This document shows positions 1-8,717 of a stretch of DNA of 64,000 bases, one piece after another (position 1 is the first letter of the stretch; each line of letters starts with the position of its first letter). The notes beneath the pieces were generated by a model. It did no database searches. It was not told the DNA's origin and saw only the letters and a program-made list of their open reading frames with translations. A program made the position numbers and the translations under genes. The DNA comes from a virus: the IMG/VR virus record IMGVR_UViG_3300042691_028844, positions 22,581 to 86,580 of that record; one strand, 5' to 3'.

Positions 1-362
1 TGATTCTTGTCGTAGAGGTAGCACTCTCCAGATAATCCAGATCGGCTATCGTATGTGATCCAAATTACTTTCATGTACTTGCTGACCATTAAGGTTGCGT
101 AGTGAGCTGAAATGAAGTCGAAAATGTCTTGGTCGTAGTTGCCATCTTCCGTGTCAAGTTTGATGGTTAGCTTGTCGCCGTCGAGTTCAAGATACTGCTC
201 GGTTTCCTCTACAAAACCCTCGTATGTTACCCATTCAAGTGAGGGCGGAATCTCATCCTCGTGATTGGTCAGGTAATCGTAAATGTGCAGAAGTACATCT
301 TCCTTAGACTTGATGTTAGCGACTGTGCAAGTAGCAATCGCAGCGTTATGGGTGTAAGACAT
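1..362 (-). CDS. hypothetical early protein (runs off window end)
   Basis: Manual translation from ATG at 362 (MSYTHNAAIATC...) is open to position 1. Confidence 0.7.
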   Translation of the reverse strand, partial: MSYTHNAAIATCTVANIKSKEDVLLHIYDYLTNHEDEIPPSLEWVTYEGFVEETEQYLELDGDKLTIKLDTEDGNYDQDIFDFISAHYATLMVSKYMKVIWITYDSRSGLSGECYLYDKN

Positions 363-405
363 TGTGATTCAGTGGCAAATGGTAAAGGCGCCCCGCGTAG
401 CGGGA

Positions 406-597
406 TTAACGACAACGTGCATCCCTAGCTTCAGCGTGAAGCTCAGAGATCATGTCTTCTAGCTCATCTTCTGTCGGGGTACTTTTCAGCCGGTCGTAAA
501 TAAGCTCAGCCATCATGTAGATGTGTTCTGTTTCAAGGTAGTTACCTACAGCGTTGTGAGTTGATTTCACATACTCTTCGATTTGTTGGAGTTCCAT
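406..597 (-). CDS. hypothetical early protein
   Basis: 63 aa ORF in a tightly packed leftward cluster. Confidence 0.7.
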   Translation of the reverse strand: MELQQIEEYVKSTHNAVGNYLETEHIYMMAELIYDRLKSTPTEDELEDMISELHAEARDARCR

Positions 598-599
598 AA

Positions 600-761
600 T
601 CAGTCAGAGTTCCAGGATTTGCATGGCCTGCGTGATACATAGTATCGCGCAACTGGATCAGAAATGTTGTATTCGTTGCACATACGTGAGGCTTCCTTGT
701 ATGTGTCGAACTGATCCACAGTTTCTAGTTCGTTTGTCGTTTTGCGTTGGATGTAGAACAT
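600..761 (-). CDS. hypothetical early protein (53 aa, not in ORF track)
   Basis: MFYIQRKTTNELETVDQFDTYKEA... fits exactly between neighbours. Confidence 0.7.
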   Translation of the reverse strand: MFYIQRKTTNELETVDQFDTYKEASRMCNEYNISDPVARYYVSRRPCKSWNSD

Positions 762-763
762 AA

Positions 764-1111
764 TTAACCCCGGACGAAGTGGTGGTGAGAATTCACTTCA
801 ACCCTCCAATCATCTTCTTCGATTGCGGTGGCGAACCACTTGTGATTCTTCTGATAAATGCCTGCGCCACAAAGATTGTGCAGGATGACATTCAGGCGTG
901 ACTTAGTTGTAGGTGTTTGCCACCCACAGTCGCAGATACTTACAAGGTCGGGCCTGATCTGTGCGATCAGATTGTCGTGAAGGTAGACGTTAATCCGTTC
1001 GATGTTTGTGTCACCGTGCGGGAAGTACGTTACCTGAACTCGTGTATTGCTGGACTTCCAATCCTTACGATTGCGGATTGCATCCAGCATCTGCTGTTCG
1101 ATCACTCGCAT
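764..1111 (-). CDS. cyanophage-type early hypothetical protein
   Basis: MRVIEQQM..W...NT.V and T.TTKSRLN pattern. Confidence 0.75.
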   Translation of the reverse strand: MRVIEQQMLDAIRNRKDWKSSNTRVQVTYFPHGDTNIERINVYLHDNLIAQIRPDLVSICDCGWQTPTTKSRLNVILHNLCGAGIYQKNHKWFATAIEEDDWRVEVNSHHHFVRG

Positions 1112-1142
1112 TGTTCGATCCTCGTGGTTAGTTAGTGTGGAT

Positions 1143-1385
1143 TCAGTCAGTTAAGGTTGCAAGCACAATCTCACACCTATCCGTTGGACGGATGATGATG
1201 TAAGTGCCCCAATCTGAGGTGATACAGGGTAATCCTGTCCACCCAAGTTCTTTCTTGAGTGTGCGTACAATCCACGCTGAACTGTACTTTTCAGGTATCT
1301 CTACCTCGCTGCGGTTAACCCAGCAATAGTTAGGCTCTCCACCGAATGTATCGGTGTGCTCAATGCTCCACAGTTTGTGTGACAT
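1143..1385 (-). CDS. hypothetical early protein
   Basis: TDTFGGEPNYCWV motif; ORF packing. Confidence 0.75.
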   Translation of the reverse strand: MSHKLWSIEHTDTFGGEPNYCWVNRSEVEIPEKYSSAWIVRTLKKELGWTGLPCITSDWGTYIIIRPTDRCEIVLATLTD

Positions 1386-1421
1386 TGTGATGTTGGTGTA
1401 ATTGTGTGAGTTGGCCCCGCG

Positions 1422-1613
1422 TTAGCGGGTGATAACCGTGTCGCCGTTATCCTCAATCTGAGAAGTTATAACTGTGCGCCCACAAAGTGCATTGTATGCT
1501 GCGGGGCACTCGCGCATAAGAATCCTGCGCAAATCCTGCGACATGTGGTAAGACATTGTGCGCAGGAGAATCTCTTTGTGGTAGTAGGAGATCTGGTCAA
1601 AGTTGCTGCTCAT
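1422..1613 (-). CDS. hypothetical early protein
   Basis: ATGA overlap with upstream gene. Confidence 0.7.
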   Translation of the reverse strand: MSSNFDQISYYHKEILLRTMSYHMSQDLRRILMRECPAAYNALCGRTVITSQIEDNGDTVITR

Positions 1614-1810
1614 CGGTTTGGATTGCAGGTGTTGGGGATAATCTGGACCGTGGTGATGTTGCCCTCTATAGACAGAAGGGCGTCATCAATCTGTTTGATC
1701 TTGTCACCTAACGTTGTATAAACGTGCGGGTACCCATTAAATAATTGCAGTAATGCTGTGCGATAGTCAATCAAAGCTATGCGAATTGTGGTCGCGTCGA
1801 TTGTAGTCAT
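1610..1810 (-). CDS. hypothetical early protein
   Basis: 66 aa ORF. Confidence 0.65.
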   Translation of the reverse strand: MTTIDATTIRIALIDYRTALLQLFNGYPHVYTTLGDKIKQIDDALLSIEGNITTVQIIPNTCNPNR

Positions 1811-1841
1811 GGCGGTGAATGATGATAGTAATTTGATGCAG

Positions 1842-2012
1842 TCAGTCTGTAGGTGAGCCTGCTAGAAACTCAGCCTCGCTGATAATCTCTACCCAAGCGT
1901 GTGGGAGAGATTCAGCGAATGAATCGTAGGCGTCATCAGCTTCTGAATAAGAGTCAAAGTGTGCGAGAGTTTCGTAGCCATAGGGCGAGAGATTAACGAT
2001 GCGGTAAGACAT
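1842..2012 (-). CDS. hypothetical early protein (56 aa, not in track)
   Basis: MSYRIVNLSPYGYETLAHFDSYSEA... Confidence 0.65.
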   Translation of the reverse strand: MSYRIVNLSPYGYETLAHFDSYSEADDAYDSFAESLPHAWVEIISEAEFLAGSPTD

Positions 2013-2034
2013 GATTCAGAAAGAATAGGTGAGG

Positions 2035-2193
2035 TTAGGCTTGGTCAGGGTAAATAAGTTTATGCTGTTTAAGCAAGATCATGTGATCGAGTGCGTCACC
2101 TAAGGTAGAGCGAACATACTCATCCTTCAGGCCAGCTAACTCATAGGCTTCGTAAACAGCGCGATAGAGTTCATCGAATTGTGTTTGTATCAT
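2035..2193 (-). CDS. hypothetical early protein (52 aa, not in track)
   Basis: MIQTQFDELYRAVYEAYELAG... Confidence 0.6.
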   Translation of the reverse strand: MIQTQFDELYRAVYEAYELAGLKDEYVRSTLGDALDHMILLKQHKLIYPDQA

Positions 2194-2223
2194 GGTGACA
2201 AGATGCAGGGTTAGTTACAGCAA

Positions 2224-2433
2224 TCAAGTATTCGGTTTGATTAACTTAAACTCCTGAATGTCGTAATAAGCAATAGTGTCTGCACTATAACTACGCAAAC
2301 GCTTTAACTCATTCTGTGCGCCGCGATCAGACTTGAACCACTGGTGATTCCATCGGCCGCGAGACTTAACAGCCACGCAATGCGTGGCATTCTTCTCAAC
2401 TTGGCGACCAGTTGCGAGGGTAAAAGTGTTCAT
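2224..2433 (-). CDS. hypothetical early protein
   Basis: Likely start MNTFTLATG within track ORF 2224..2481. Confidence 0.6.
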   Translation of the reverse strand: MNTFTLATGRQVEKNATHCVAVKSRGRWNHQWFKSDRGAQNELKRLRSYSADTIAYYDIQEFKLIKPNT

Positions 2434-2440
2434 GATTAAA

Positions 2441-2710
2441 TCAAACAGACTGACGAAGATGAGAGAAACCGGGCACTTCATGAGCCCAGTCGGGTGAGGG
2501 CAACGTGCGCCGCAATTCGTTATACAAACCCGGCTTAATGTTTATACGTTCCGCATCGTATGCGGCACTGCGCCAGATACCTGGCACTGCATCGCTACCC
2601 ATGTAGCCTTCATCCCATGCGGCTATACGTTGCCCTTCATTAACAAGAACATACAGCCGCCGTGGGTTACCATTACGGTCGTTATGTGTGCAAAGATGTT
2701 GGAAGTACAT
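2441..2710 (-). CDS. hypothetical early protein
   Basis: Likely start MYFQHLC; NDRNGNPRR motif. Confidence 0.7.
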   Translation of the reverse strand: MYFQHLCTHNDRNGNPRRLYVLVNEGQRIAAWDEGYMGSDAVPGIWRSAAYDAERINIKPGLYNELRRTLPSPDWAHEVPGFSHLRQSV

Positions 2711-2853
2711 GGCAAAAGATGCGACGAATTTAGTAAAACAATCAGCGAGAAAGTTTGGCCGATTGTTTACGCGAAAGGTTCGCAGCCTTGCGAGCAATTG
2801 CTTCGATTTGCTTAGCAGTCATGACGGATCACCTGTTAAAACAATGTGGACGT

Positions 2854-3490
2854 TGAGAGAGTGAATCTCTCAGGTAAAGTGTAAGTTACACCCTACGGGA
2901 GAGAATCACGCTGACAAGATAAACGCTAAGATTGATTCAGTGCCATGATCTAATTTAGATCATAACTTGATCCACGATTGGTCTACCTTGTCAGCGGACT
3001 AGAAACAATCCGGGATCCCTCAAAGGATCATCCGGTAATCAAACGGAAAACATAATCGACGCACAGTGTTAGTTACAGCGTACGAATGCAATCGCTGGCA
3101 GATAACTAATCCCGCCATCCTACGGGCGCCGCCGTGGTGAGGGATCAGTGTCCAACGGTCCGCGTACCTGCTCTAAAGACAGATACGCTGGACACAATCA
3201 GTACAATGTAACTAACACTGTGCGCTGATAATGTGTACGGTGCGACCCATACATTGCGCAGCTAGTTACAGGGAACGACCCTGCAGATCAGTTGTAGTTA
3301 CAACGTGCCCACTGATAATGCGTGACATAGATACAGAGCGTGAGTAGATAGGGTTCGCCTATCGGACAGTGTGACCCACGGTTATACCTTGCGGGGGAAC
3401 TTCCGCGCCCGCTTCATCACTTAAGTATGAAATAGTTAGCTATTGTGTCGGCTACCCGTGCTAACCCGCACACACATAACTAAACTATTT
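2854..3490 (-). ncRNA. large structured RNA or structured early leader, unassigned family
   Basis: Consecutive long stems, no ORF; most plus-strand A/C mismatches become G-U pairs on the minus strand. Confidence 0.65.
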
Positions 3491-3492
3491 AA

Positions 3493-3504
3493 TTGTCAAG
3501 GTTC
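3493..3504 (-). promoter_or_regulatory. boxA-like antitermination element (GAACCTTGACAA)
   Basis: One mismatch to the cyanobacterial rrn boxA GAACCTTGAAAA. Confidence 0.65.
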
Positions 3505-3643
3505 GTCAACCTAGTTACCTACTACAACTCCCGCCGCTCACGTTCGGTTACACCATGCCTGCCATCGCCTACGTTTCGGGGAAGAGCTCCCTACCATCGG
3601 CGGCACGCGTGGCGACCGTTCGGCCATCGCGGGGTTGATTCAG

Positions 3644-3678
3644 TTTTCAAGGTTCAACCGATCGGGTTTCGATCAGTG
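3644..3678 (-). promoter_or_regulatory. boxB-like hairpin followed by boxA (GAACCTTGAAAA-CTGAAT)
   Basis: Exact cyanobacterial rrn boxA at 3644-3655, preceded by hairpin ACTGATCG-AAACC-CGATCGGT. Confidence 0.75.
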
Positions 3679-3683
3679 AGCAC

Positions 3684-3713
3684 AGCATCGCCCCGATCTG
3701 GTCCGTCCGTCAA
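3684..3713 (-). promoter_or_regulatory. putative sigma70-type early promoter
   Basis: TTGACG-N18-GATGCT just upstream of boxB/boxA; the -10 is weak. Confidence 0.45.
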
Positions 3714-3807
3714 CCCTTTCCACTAGGTACAAATACCTATTCTTCTATAAGCGTAGCTAATGGTACAGGTGTCCTAGTCTGCCAGGGTCCTTCTCCAGTA
3801 GGAGGAA

Positions 3808-3887
3808 ACGCACGCACGCACACACACACACGCACACGCACACACGCACACACGCACACACGCACACACACACGCGAGCGCGCGCGT
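3808..3887. repeat. (CA/CG)n alternating purine-pyrimidine tract
   Basis: ~80 bp acgcacgcacgcacacac...gcgcgcgcgt with a single break. Confidence 0.95.
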
Positions 3888-4212
3888 TAAATAAAACTAC
3901 CTACCCCCTCAGTATTGTATAACAATAGAGTTGTTGTAGCCTACTCCTTGTGTGTTAGTTATACTCAGTGCTAAGTATAAAGAATAGCGAACGCTAAGTG
4001 TATAGCTTATGCTTACTGTCCGTGTTGGTCGCAAGGTCCTTTTTTTTATATAGCGCGCTTACTCGTCGGCGTGGGCGAGAAGGGTCTGGTAATTTTCTGG
4101 GTAAATTGGGGGGCGTAGTTTTGAGTGACAGCATATTGACAGATGCTTCACAAAAATTTTTTCGCCGCGTGGTTTTTGCTTTAGACTTATTCCACGCCGC
4201 GCAGAGTACGGA

Positions 4213-4434
4213 ATGTACTACAGAGATCAGGTTGTAACAGGGCCAGAATTACTGGAAGAGTACATTGCGCAGGTTACTCCTCGTATTGTTCGTAATATCT
4301 ACTCTGGGTACAGTGGTGAACCGCATATTATTACGCCTGGGGACAAATTAAATATGTTGATGGATTACCGTGATGTTATAGATCACGACGCGAATACTTT
4401 GCGTCAGGTTTTAGGCCCTATTCAAGCTCCTTGA
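4213..4434 (+). CDS. hypothetical protein
   Basis: First rightward ORF; upstream TAGACT. Confidence 0.65.
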   Translation: MYYRDQVVTGPELLEEYIAQVTPRIVRNIYSGYSGEPHIITPGDKLNMLMDYRDVIDHDANTLRQVLGPIQAP

Positions 4435-4438
4435 TACC

Positions 4439-4645
4439 ATGTCTATCTTCAAAGAAGAGGATGCTGCCTTAGGTAAGATCCCTTTTAGCGCAATGGTTCG
4501 GAAATACGGGCCTGAGTTAGCTCTTGCGGGTTACTTCGAGGAGCTTACAGACGCCCCTGACGAGCCTCCGTCACCGATTGCGACAGCTTTCTTACGCAAG
4601 TACCTGTCTGAGCTACCGTCGGAGGACGCTCCTTCTTTCGGGTAA
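4439..4645 (+). CDS. hypothetical protein (FLxxYL motif)
   Basis: ORF packing. Confidence 0.65.
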   Translation: MSIFKEEDAALGKIPFSAMVRKYGPELALAGYFEELTDAPDEPPSPIATAFLRKYLSELPSEDAPSFG

Positions 4646-4657
4646 AGCGTTTTCCGG

Positions 4658-4731
<74 letters not shown>

Positions 4732-4851
4732 TTAGAGCTTCTTTTGTCGTGTCGGGTTATTCCACTCCCGCGCCACGGAAGGGTGTTCAGGGCGTGTGTT
4801 TATCGCAGATACGAAGCTTCATTTAGACTAAAACAAGCTCGATTTTCACTT

Positions 4852-5178
4852 GTGACTTATTATTCGCCCGATTATGCGCGTTACAACGACCCTGAAGGCT
4901 CTTATGGAGTTCCGGATGAGCTGGGGCCTGTACTCAGGGCTGACCCTAAGTCTTTTCTGTTTGATTACTTGAATAAGAACCTTATTCAAGGACCTCCAGA
5001 GAACATAGATATTTATGAGCAAGAAATGTATAGAGAAGACTCTTCCCCTTCTTTTAAATTAGAGCCGTCTAAATTAGACTTACGCGAATTTAGGGACCCT
5101 AGAGCTCCCGTTACTCCTCGTGAATTTCTAGATCGCGATAAGTTTTTACTTTTGAGCCCTAGGAGTCCCTTGACCTGA
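4852..5178 (+). CDS. hypothetical protein (FLxxYL motif)
   Basis: Likely GTG start after TAGACT; track ORF 4744..5178. Confidence 0.65.
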   Translation: MTYYSPDYARYNDPEGSYGVPDELGPVLRADPKSFLFDYLNKNLIQGPPENIDIYEQEMYREDSSPSFKLEPSKLDLREFRDPRAPVTPREFLDRDKFLLLSPRSPLT

Positions 5179-5535
5179 CATTGATTCAAGGTGAAAAAAG
5201 ATACATTCAGGAAAATCTGCAAAAAACTTAAGTGTAGCGGGGCATAACCAACCTCTAAGTTCGTCTTTTTGCTCTGCTTGTAAGGCGTACCATGCTCCCC
5301 CATGCTCGTTTTTATCTCTTTTTAAGTGTGTTTTGCAATTAGGGAACATTTCTGAGCTAAAAATGATCCTGTACTTGTTTTCCGTGTTCTGTGACGGCAG
5401 GCTTTCGATCATGTAATCGACGATTTCAGGCGTTCCGAGGACAAACGGCTCGTGAATCAAGCCTCGTTTTTCGTCTGTGAAGCACCATGTGTCGGCGTAT
5501 CGGTAGATTTCTACCGTCATCATGCTGTTAGACAA
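5146..5535 (-). CDS. DUF6717-like protein
   Basis: W.F.D...GL..EPFV.G and GWLCPATLKFF..P motifs. Confidence 0.7.
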   Translation of the reverse strand: MSNSMMTVEIYRYADTWCFTDEKRGLIHEPFVLGTPEIVDYMIESLPSQNTENKYRIIFSSEMFPNCKTHLKRDKNEHGGAWYALQAEQKDELRGWLCPATLKFFADFPECIFFHLESMSGQGTPRAQK

Positions 5536-5637
5536 AGCACTGAGCGCATAGGACTCGTGTAGTGTACCATACTGGACCGAGACCCGTCCTGCCTCCGTGG
5601 CCAGACCTCGTATACTTAAAGTAAAGCGGGTTGTTAC

Positions 5638-8600
5638 GTGCCTTCTCCACTTAATACAGAGACTTTACGTAAGGCTCTAGACGCTTATTCAGAGTATGGG
5701 GACGTTAATCCTTACTCCCAAGACGACGCTCGTGATGCGTTAGTTGATCGTGCTCTCAATCAAGGGTTTTTAGATGACTATATCGAAGAAGAGATAAGGA
5801 CAAATCGCGAGTACAATGATCCTGATTACGATCCCGATGATTATATTGGACCCGAAGAAGTAGAGGCTTATAGGAGGAGAGTTGATTCGAGCGATTTTCC
5901 AGATAGAGTTCCGTTTTCTGAAGATGTCAGCATAGACCCTGATCTAGAAGAGTATAACGTTTATAACTTTGTAAACCAGAACCCTAAAGCTAGAGAGTAC
6001 TTTACGAATCAGACTATAAACATACGCGGCACAGATGCGGGGGATCGGTTTCTTCGGGCTTTACGTGCGGGCTCTTTTACTCCTGAACAGTTAAGGACTC
6101 TTCGAACCGTACGCTTTGCAGGTAATTCTGACGTATTAGAAAACACTAGAGACTATGATGCTGCCACGGAGGCAGCTAATTTTGTAAATCAGAATGCTAC
6201 CGGGCGTAGCGATATTCCTTCAATTGAGCCTGTTTATGAGAACACTGCCGAAGCTTTAAATCAAATACAGGATTTAGAGTCTATTGCGGCTCGAGTGAAT
6301 GCGTATTCTGAGGATATTGCTACCACTCAGAATCGACTCCAAAATATCAGCCCTAGCAATGCTTCGTTGGCGAGTCTGTACGAGTCTGCTCCCCGGAGCC
6401 TAACTTCTCGTCAGCTTGCTTTACCGCTTGAAGTTGATCCATACGGGGATCGGGTTAATGAGTTTGCTTCTCGCATTCAATCCCTACCTTTGTCTTTTAA
6501 CACTGTTGCAGAGTTAACTGACGCTACTAATCGTTTGTCCTCGATTCAACGAGATCTTGGTGGGTTAGTTAGTCAAATAACTCATCCTAGTGAGCGTGCT
6601 AGAGCGTTTATTGCGGAGACAGTGTTACCGCAAGTCGAACAAGCGCTCGGCCCGTATGGGGTTCAGCGTGCTACGCGTCGAGCGTTTGAGGAAAGTCGAG
6701 GGGCTTCAATGGACGCCGCTCGGGAGGAAGACGCTAGGCGTGAGTACTTCAATCTTCTTCGGCGGCAGGACTCAGCGGACCGTGTGCCAACTGCTCCCCC
6801 AGCGGATAGAACGCCGCAGGTTCAGGTTCTTGAGTCGTCCCAAGGTATGGAGCCTATACCTGGATTGAATGCGGCTATTCAAAAGGATCGTTTAGAAGCT
6901 ATTAAACGAGTTGTTTCCCAGTATCCAGAAGTTGAACGGCTATTAGCCAGCGCACCTAAGGACCCGCAACGGCGTCCTCTTCGTGGTCCGTCTGTTAAAG
7001 AGTATCTACCTTATGTAGACAGGGAGCAGGTTATTTCATTGCCGGAGCAGCGAAAAGCTATATACGACGTATTGTTAAATAGTGATGCAGAATTTGTTAA
7101 CAACCCTGCACTAGGTCGGAGTTTTGTAGATGATGTTGAATCACTCTACACTAGCGGTAATACTGAACTACAGCAAAACGCTTTACAGCAGTTAGACACC
7201 CGTGGTTACGGTGACGCCATGCGTGCTGTCTCCGCTCCCGCGACATACCCAACTCGGCCAATCGTCGGCGGTGGTAAGTACATCCGTACGAATGATCCTT
7301 CCAGTGGTCCGGAAGTGGCCGCAATGGTGAAGAAAATTCGCAACCGGGCGGAGGCTCTTGACCGTGCTCTCCCACGGTCGGAAGCTCTCTTGCGGGAGGC
7401 TTATCCTAATTTTTCGACGCGGCCGGATACTGTACGAAAGTTAGAGTTAAATTATGACCCTGATACCGATTCCGTCTCTTTACCTGAACCTGGGGAAAGA
7501 GGGCAGTACGGGATTGATGTGAGTACCGGTACCCCTCGGTTGAATCCGCTTTCGGCGCTCAGCTCTATGCCGAACAATGTTTCTCTCAATGCGCTTCGGT
7601 TCCTCGCGGATAATCCTGTTCTGGGAACTGCATCTGTTTCTTTCATGACTAAGGGACCTGGCCCTGGCCAGGGGTACAGCTACGAACCGAAAGAGTTGCC
7701 TTCGGCTGTTTCCGACGCCTTTGGGCGATTTGCTCAAGGTAAAGCTTTAGAAGGTTTGCCTCCGGGTACACTCGTGAGCAACTCCCCCCTCAAGTCCCGA
7801 GACATCGTTGAACAAAAAAAGCGCGAAGGGCGCACGGCTGACACAAGTTCCACGCTGCGTAAGCTTGAGCCGTTTATTGACGCTAGGCAACAGCTTCCCA
7901 ACATCCGTGGCGCAGCTTATCAAACTGCCGGGTTTGGGCCTTATACAGCAGAAGGTAATCAGCTTGCGTACATCGACGCAAATGGGCAAGTCGTACCGCT
8001 GCAATTGACTCGGCCTGAGGCAGGTTTGGCGGGATCTGTTCGTATGGACCGCAGTAGAAATACGACTGAGGTTGGGCAGGGAAGATTGCCTTTAACTACA
8101 AAGTCGTATTATTCCATTCCCCCTGAAGTTATTGCTGCCAAAGGTCTGCAAGAACTTGGCCGAGGCATCAGACAAACTCCGTCTGCGTTGTTGCCTGGTG
8201 CTGCTGATTTAATTCCTAGCCCCGAAGCTATACAAACGGGGTATCGCGAGGGTCCCGTAGCGATGGGCAGGCAGATGGCGCAAGAGTATGCGCAGAGTCT
8301 CCCTTCCGCCGTGGCGGCTGCAGGAGTTTTAGCGACACCGGCTGCGGCTCCCCTTGCTCCGGGAATTGGCGTGGGCATGGTCGGCACCGCTGCTGCCCGA
8401 GCTGTGAATGAGGTTGTTCGCCAACAGACTGGCGAAGGTATCGTTCCCAAACTTCGTCAAGCTCTTGGTACGGCTCCAAGAAGCGGAGTGGCGTCGCCAC
8501 AACGTACGACGCCCAGGCCGTTAACAGCCAGCATTCAAGCCCTAACTCCTGCTCAGCGGGTTGAGATGAGCCGGCGGCAGAATCGAAATGAGTTACAACG

Positions 8601-8679
8601 TAGAGTTGACTTAGCTAAAGAAAGGTTTAACCCAGCTAGATTGGAGTTTGGACTCTCTGAGTTATTCCGTGGAAGGTGA
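5638..8679 (+). CDS. 1013 aa hypothetical protein, possible internal virion/ejection protein
   Basis: Long ORF, acidic N-terminus, Ala/Gly-rich hydrophobic segment near C-terminus. Confidence 0.8.
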   Translation: MPSPLNTETLRKALDAYSEYGDVNPYSQDDARDALVDRALNQGFLDDYIEEEIRTNREYNDPDYDPDDYIGPEEVEAYRRRVDSSDFPDRVPFSEDVSIDPDLEEYNVYNFVNQNPKAREYFTNQTINIRGTDAGDRFLRALRAGSFTPEQLRTLRTVRFAGNSDVLENTRDYDAATEAANFVNQNATGRSDIPSIEPVYENTAEALNQIQDLESIAARVNAYSEDIATTQNRLQNISPSNASLASLYESAPRSLTSRQLALPLEVDPYGDRVNEFASRIQSLPLSFNTVAELTDATNRLSSIQRDLGGLVSQITHPSERARAFIAETVLPQVEQALGPYGVQRATRRAFEESRGASMDAAREEDARREYFNLLRRQDSADRVPTAPPADRTPQVQVLESSQGMEPIPGLNAAIQKDRLEAIKRVVSQYPEVERLLASAPKDPQRRPLRGPSVKEYLPYVDREQVISLPEQRKAIYDVLLNSDAEFVNNPALGRSFVDDVESLYTSGNTELQQNALQQLDTRGYGDAMRAVSAPATYPTRPIVGGGKYIRTNDPSSGPEVAAMVKKIRNRAEALDRALPRSEALLREAYPNFSTRPDTVRKLELNYDPDTDSVSLPEPGERGQYGIDVSTGTPRLNPLSALSSMPNNVSLNALRFLADNPVLGTASVSFMTKGPGPGQGYSYEPKELPSAVSDAFGRFAQGKALEGLPPGTLVSNSPLKSRDIVEQKKREGRTADTSSTLRKLEPFIDARQQLPNIRGAAYQTAGFGPYTAEGNQLAYIDANGQVVPLQLTRPEAGLAGSVRMDRSRNTTEVGQGRLPLTTKSYYSIPPEVIAAKGLQELGRGIRQTPSALLPGAADLIPSPEAIQTGYREGPVAMGRQMAQEYAQSLPSAVAAAGVLATPAAAPLAPGIGVGMVGTAAARAVNEVVRQQTGEGIVPKLRQALGTAPRSGVASPQRTTPRPLTASIQALTPAQRVEMSRRQNRNELQRRVDLAKERFNPARLEFGLSELFRGR

Positions 8680-8717
8680 TCTAACGGATAAACCAAACTA
8701 CGAGAAGTGGCTGCAAG

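Noticed and set aside
3060-3224. Retron msr-msd (a1/a2 inverted repeats)
   Set aside because: No reverse transcriptase in the window; the stem is one of many in a larger structure
3385-3425. Hammerhead ribozyme (GTGATGA + stem)
   Set aside because: Lacks the CUGAUGA and GAAA core
3493-3726. Plus-strand 77 aa ORF (also 3998..4237)
   Set aside because: Overlaps regulatory or low-complexity DNA; composition is not protein-like
6590-8500. Nested and antisense ORFs inside long genes (also within portal, MCP, 33207, 35976, 53104 and the right-end array)
   Set aside because: Shadow frames of well-supported genes with no motifs
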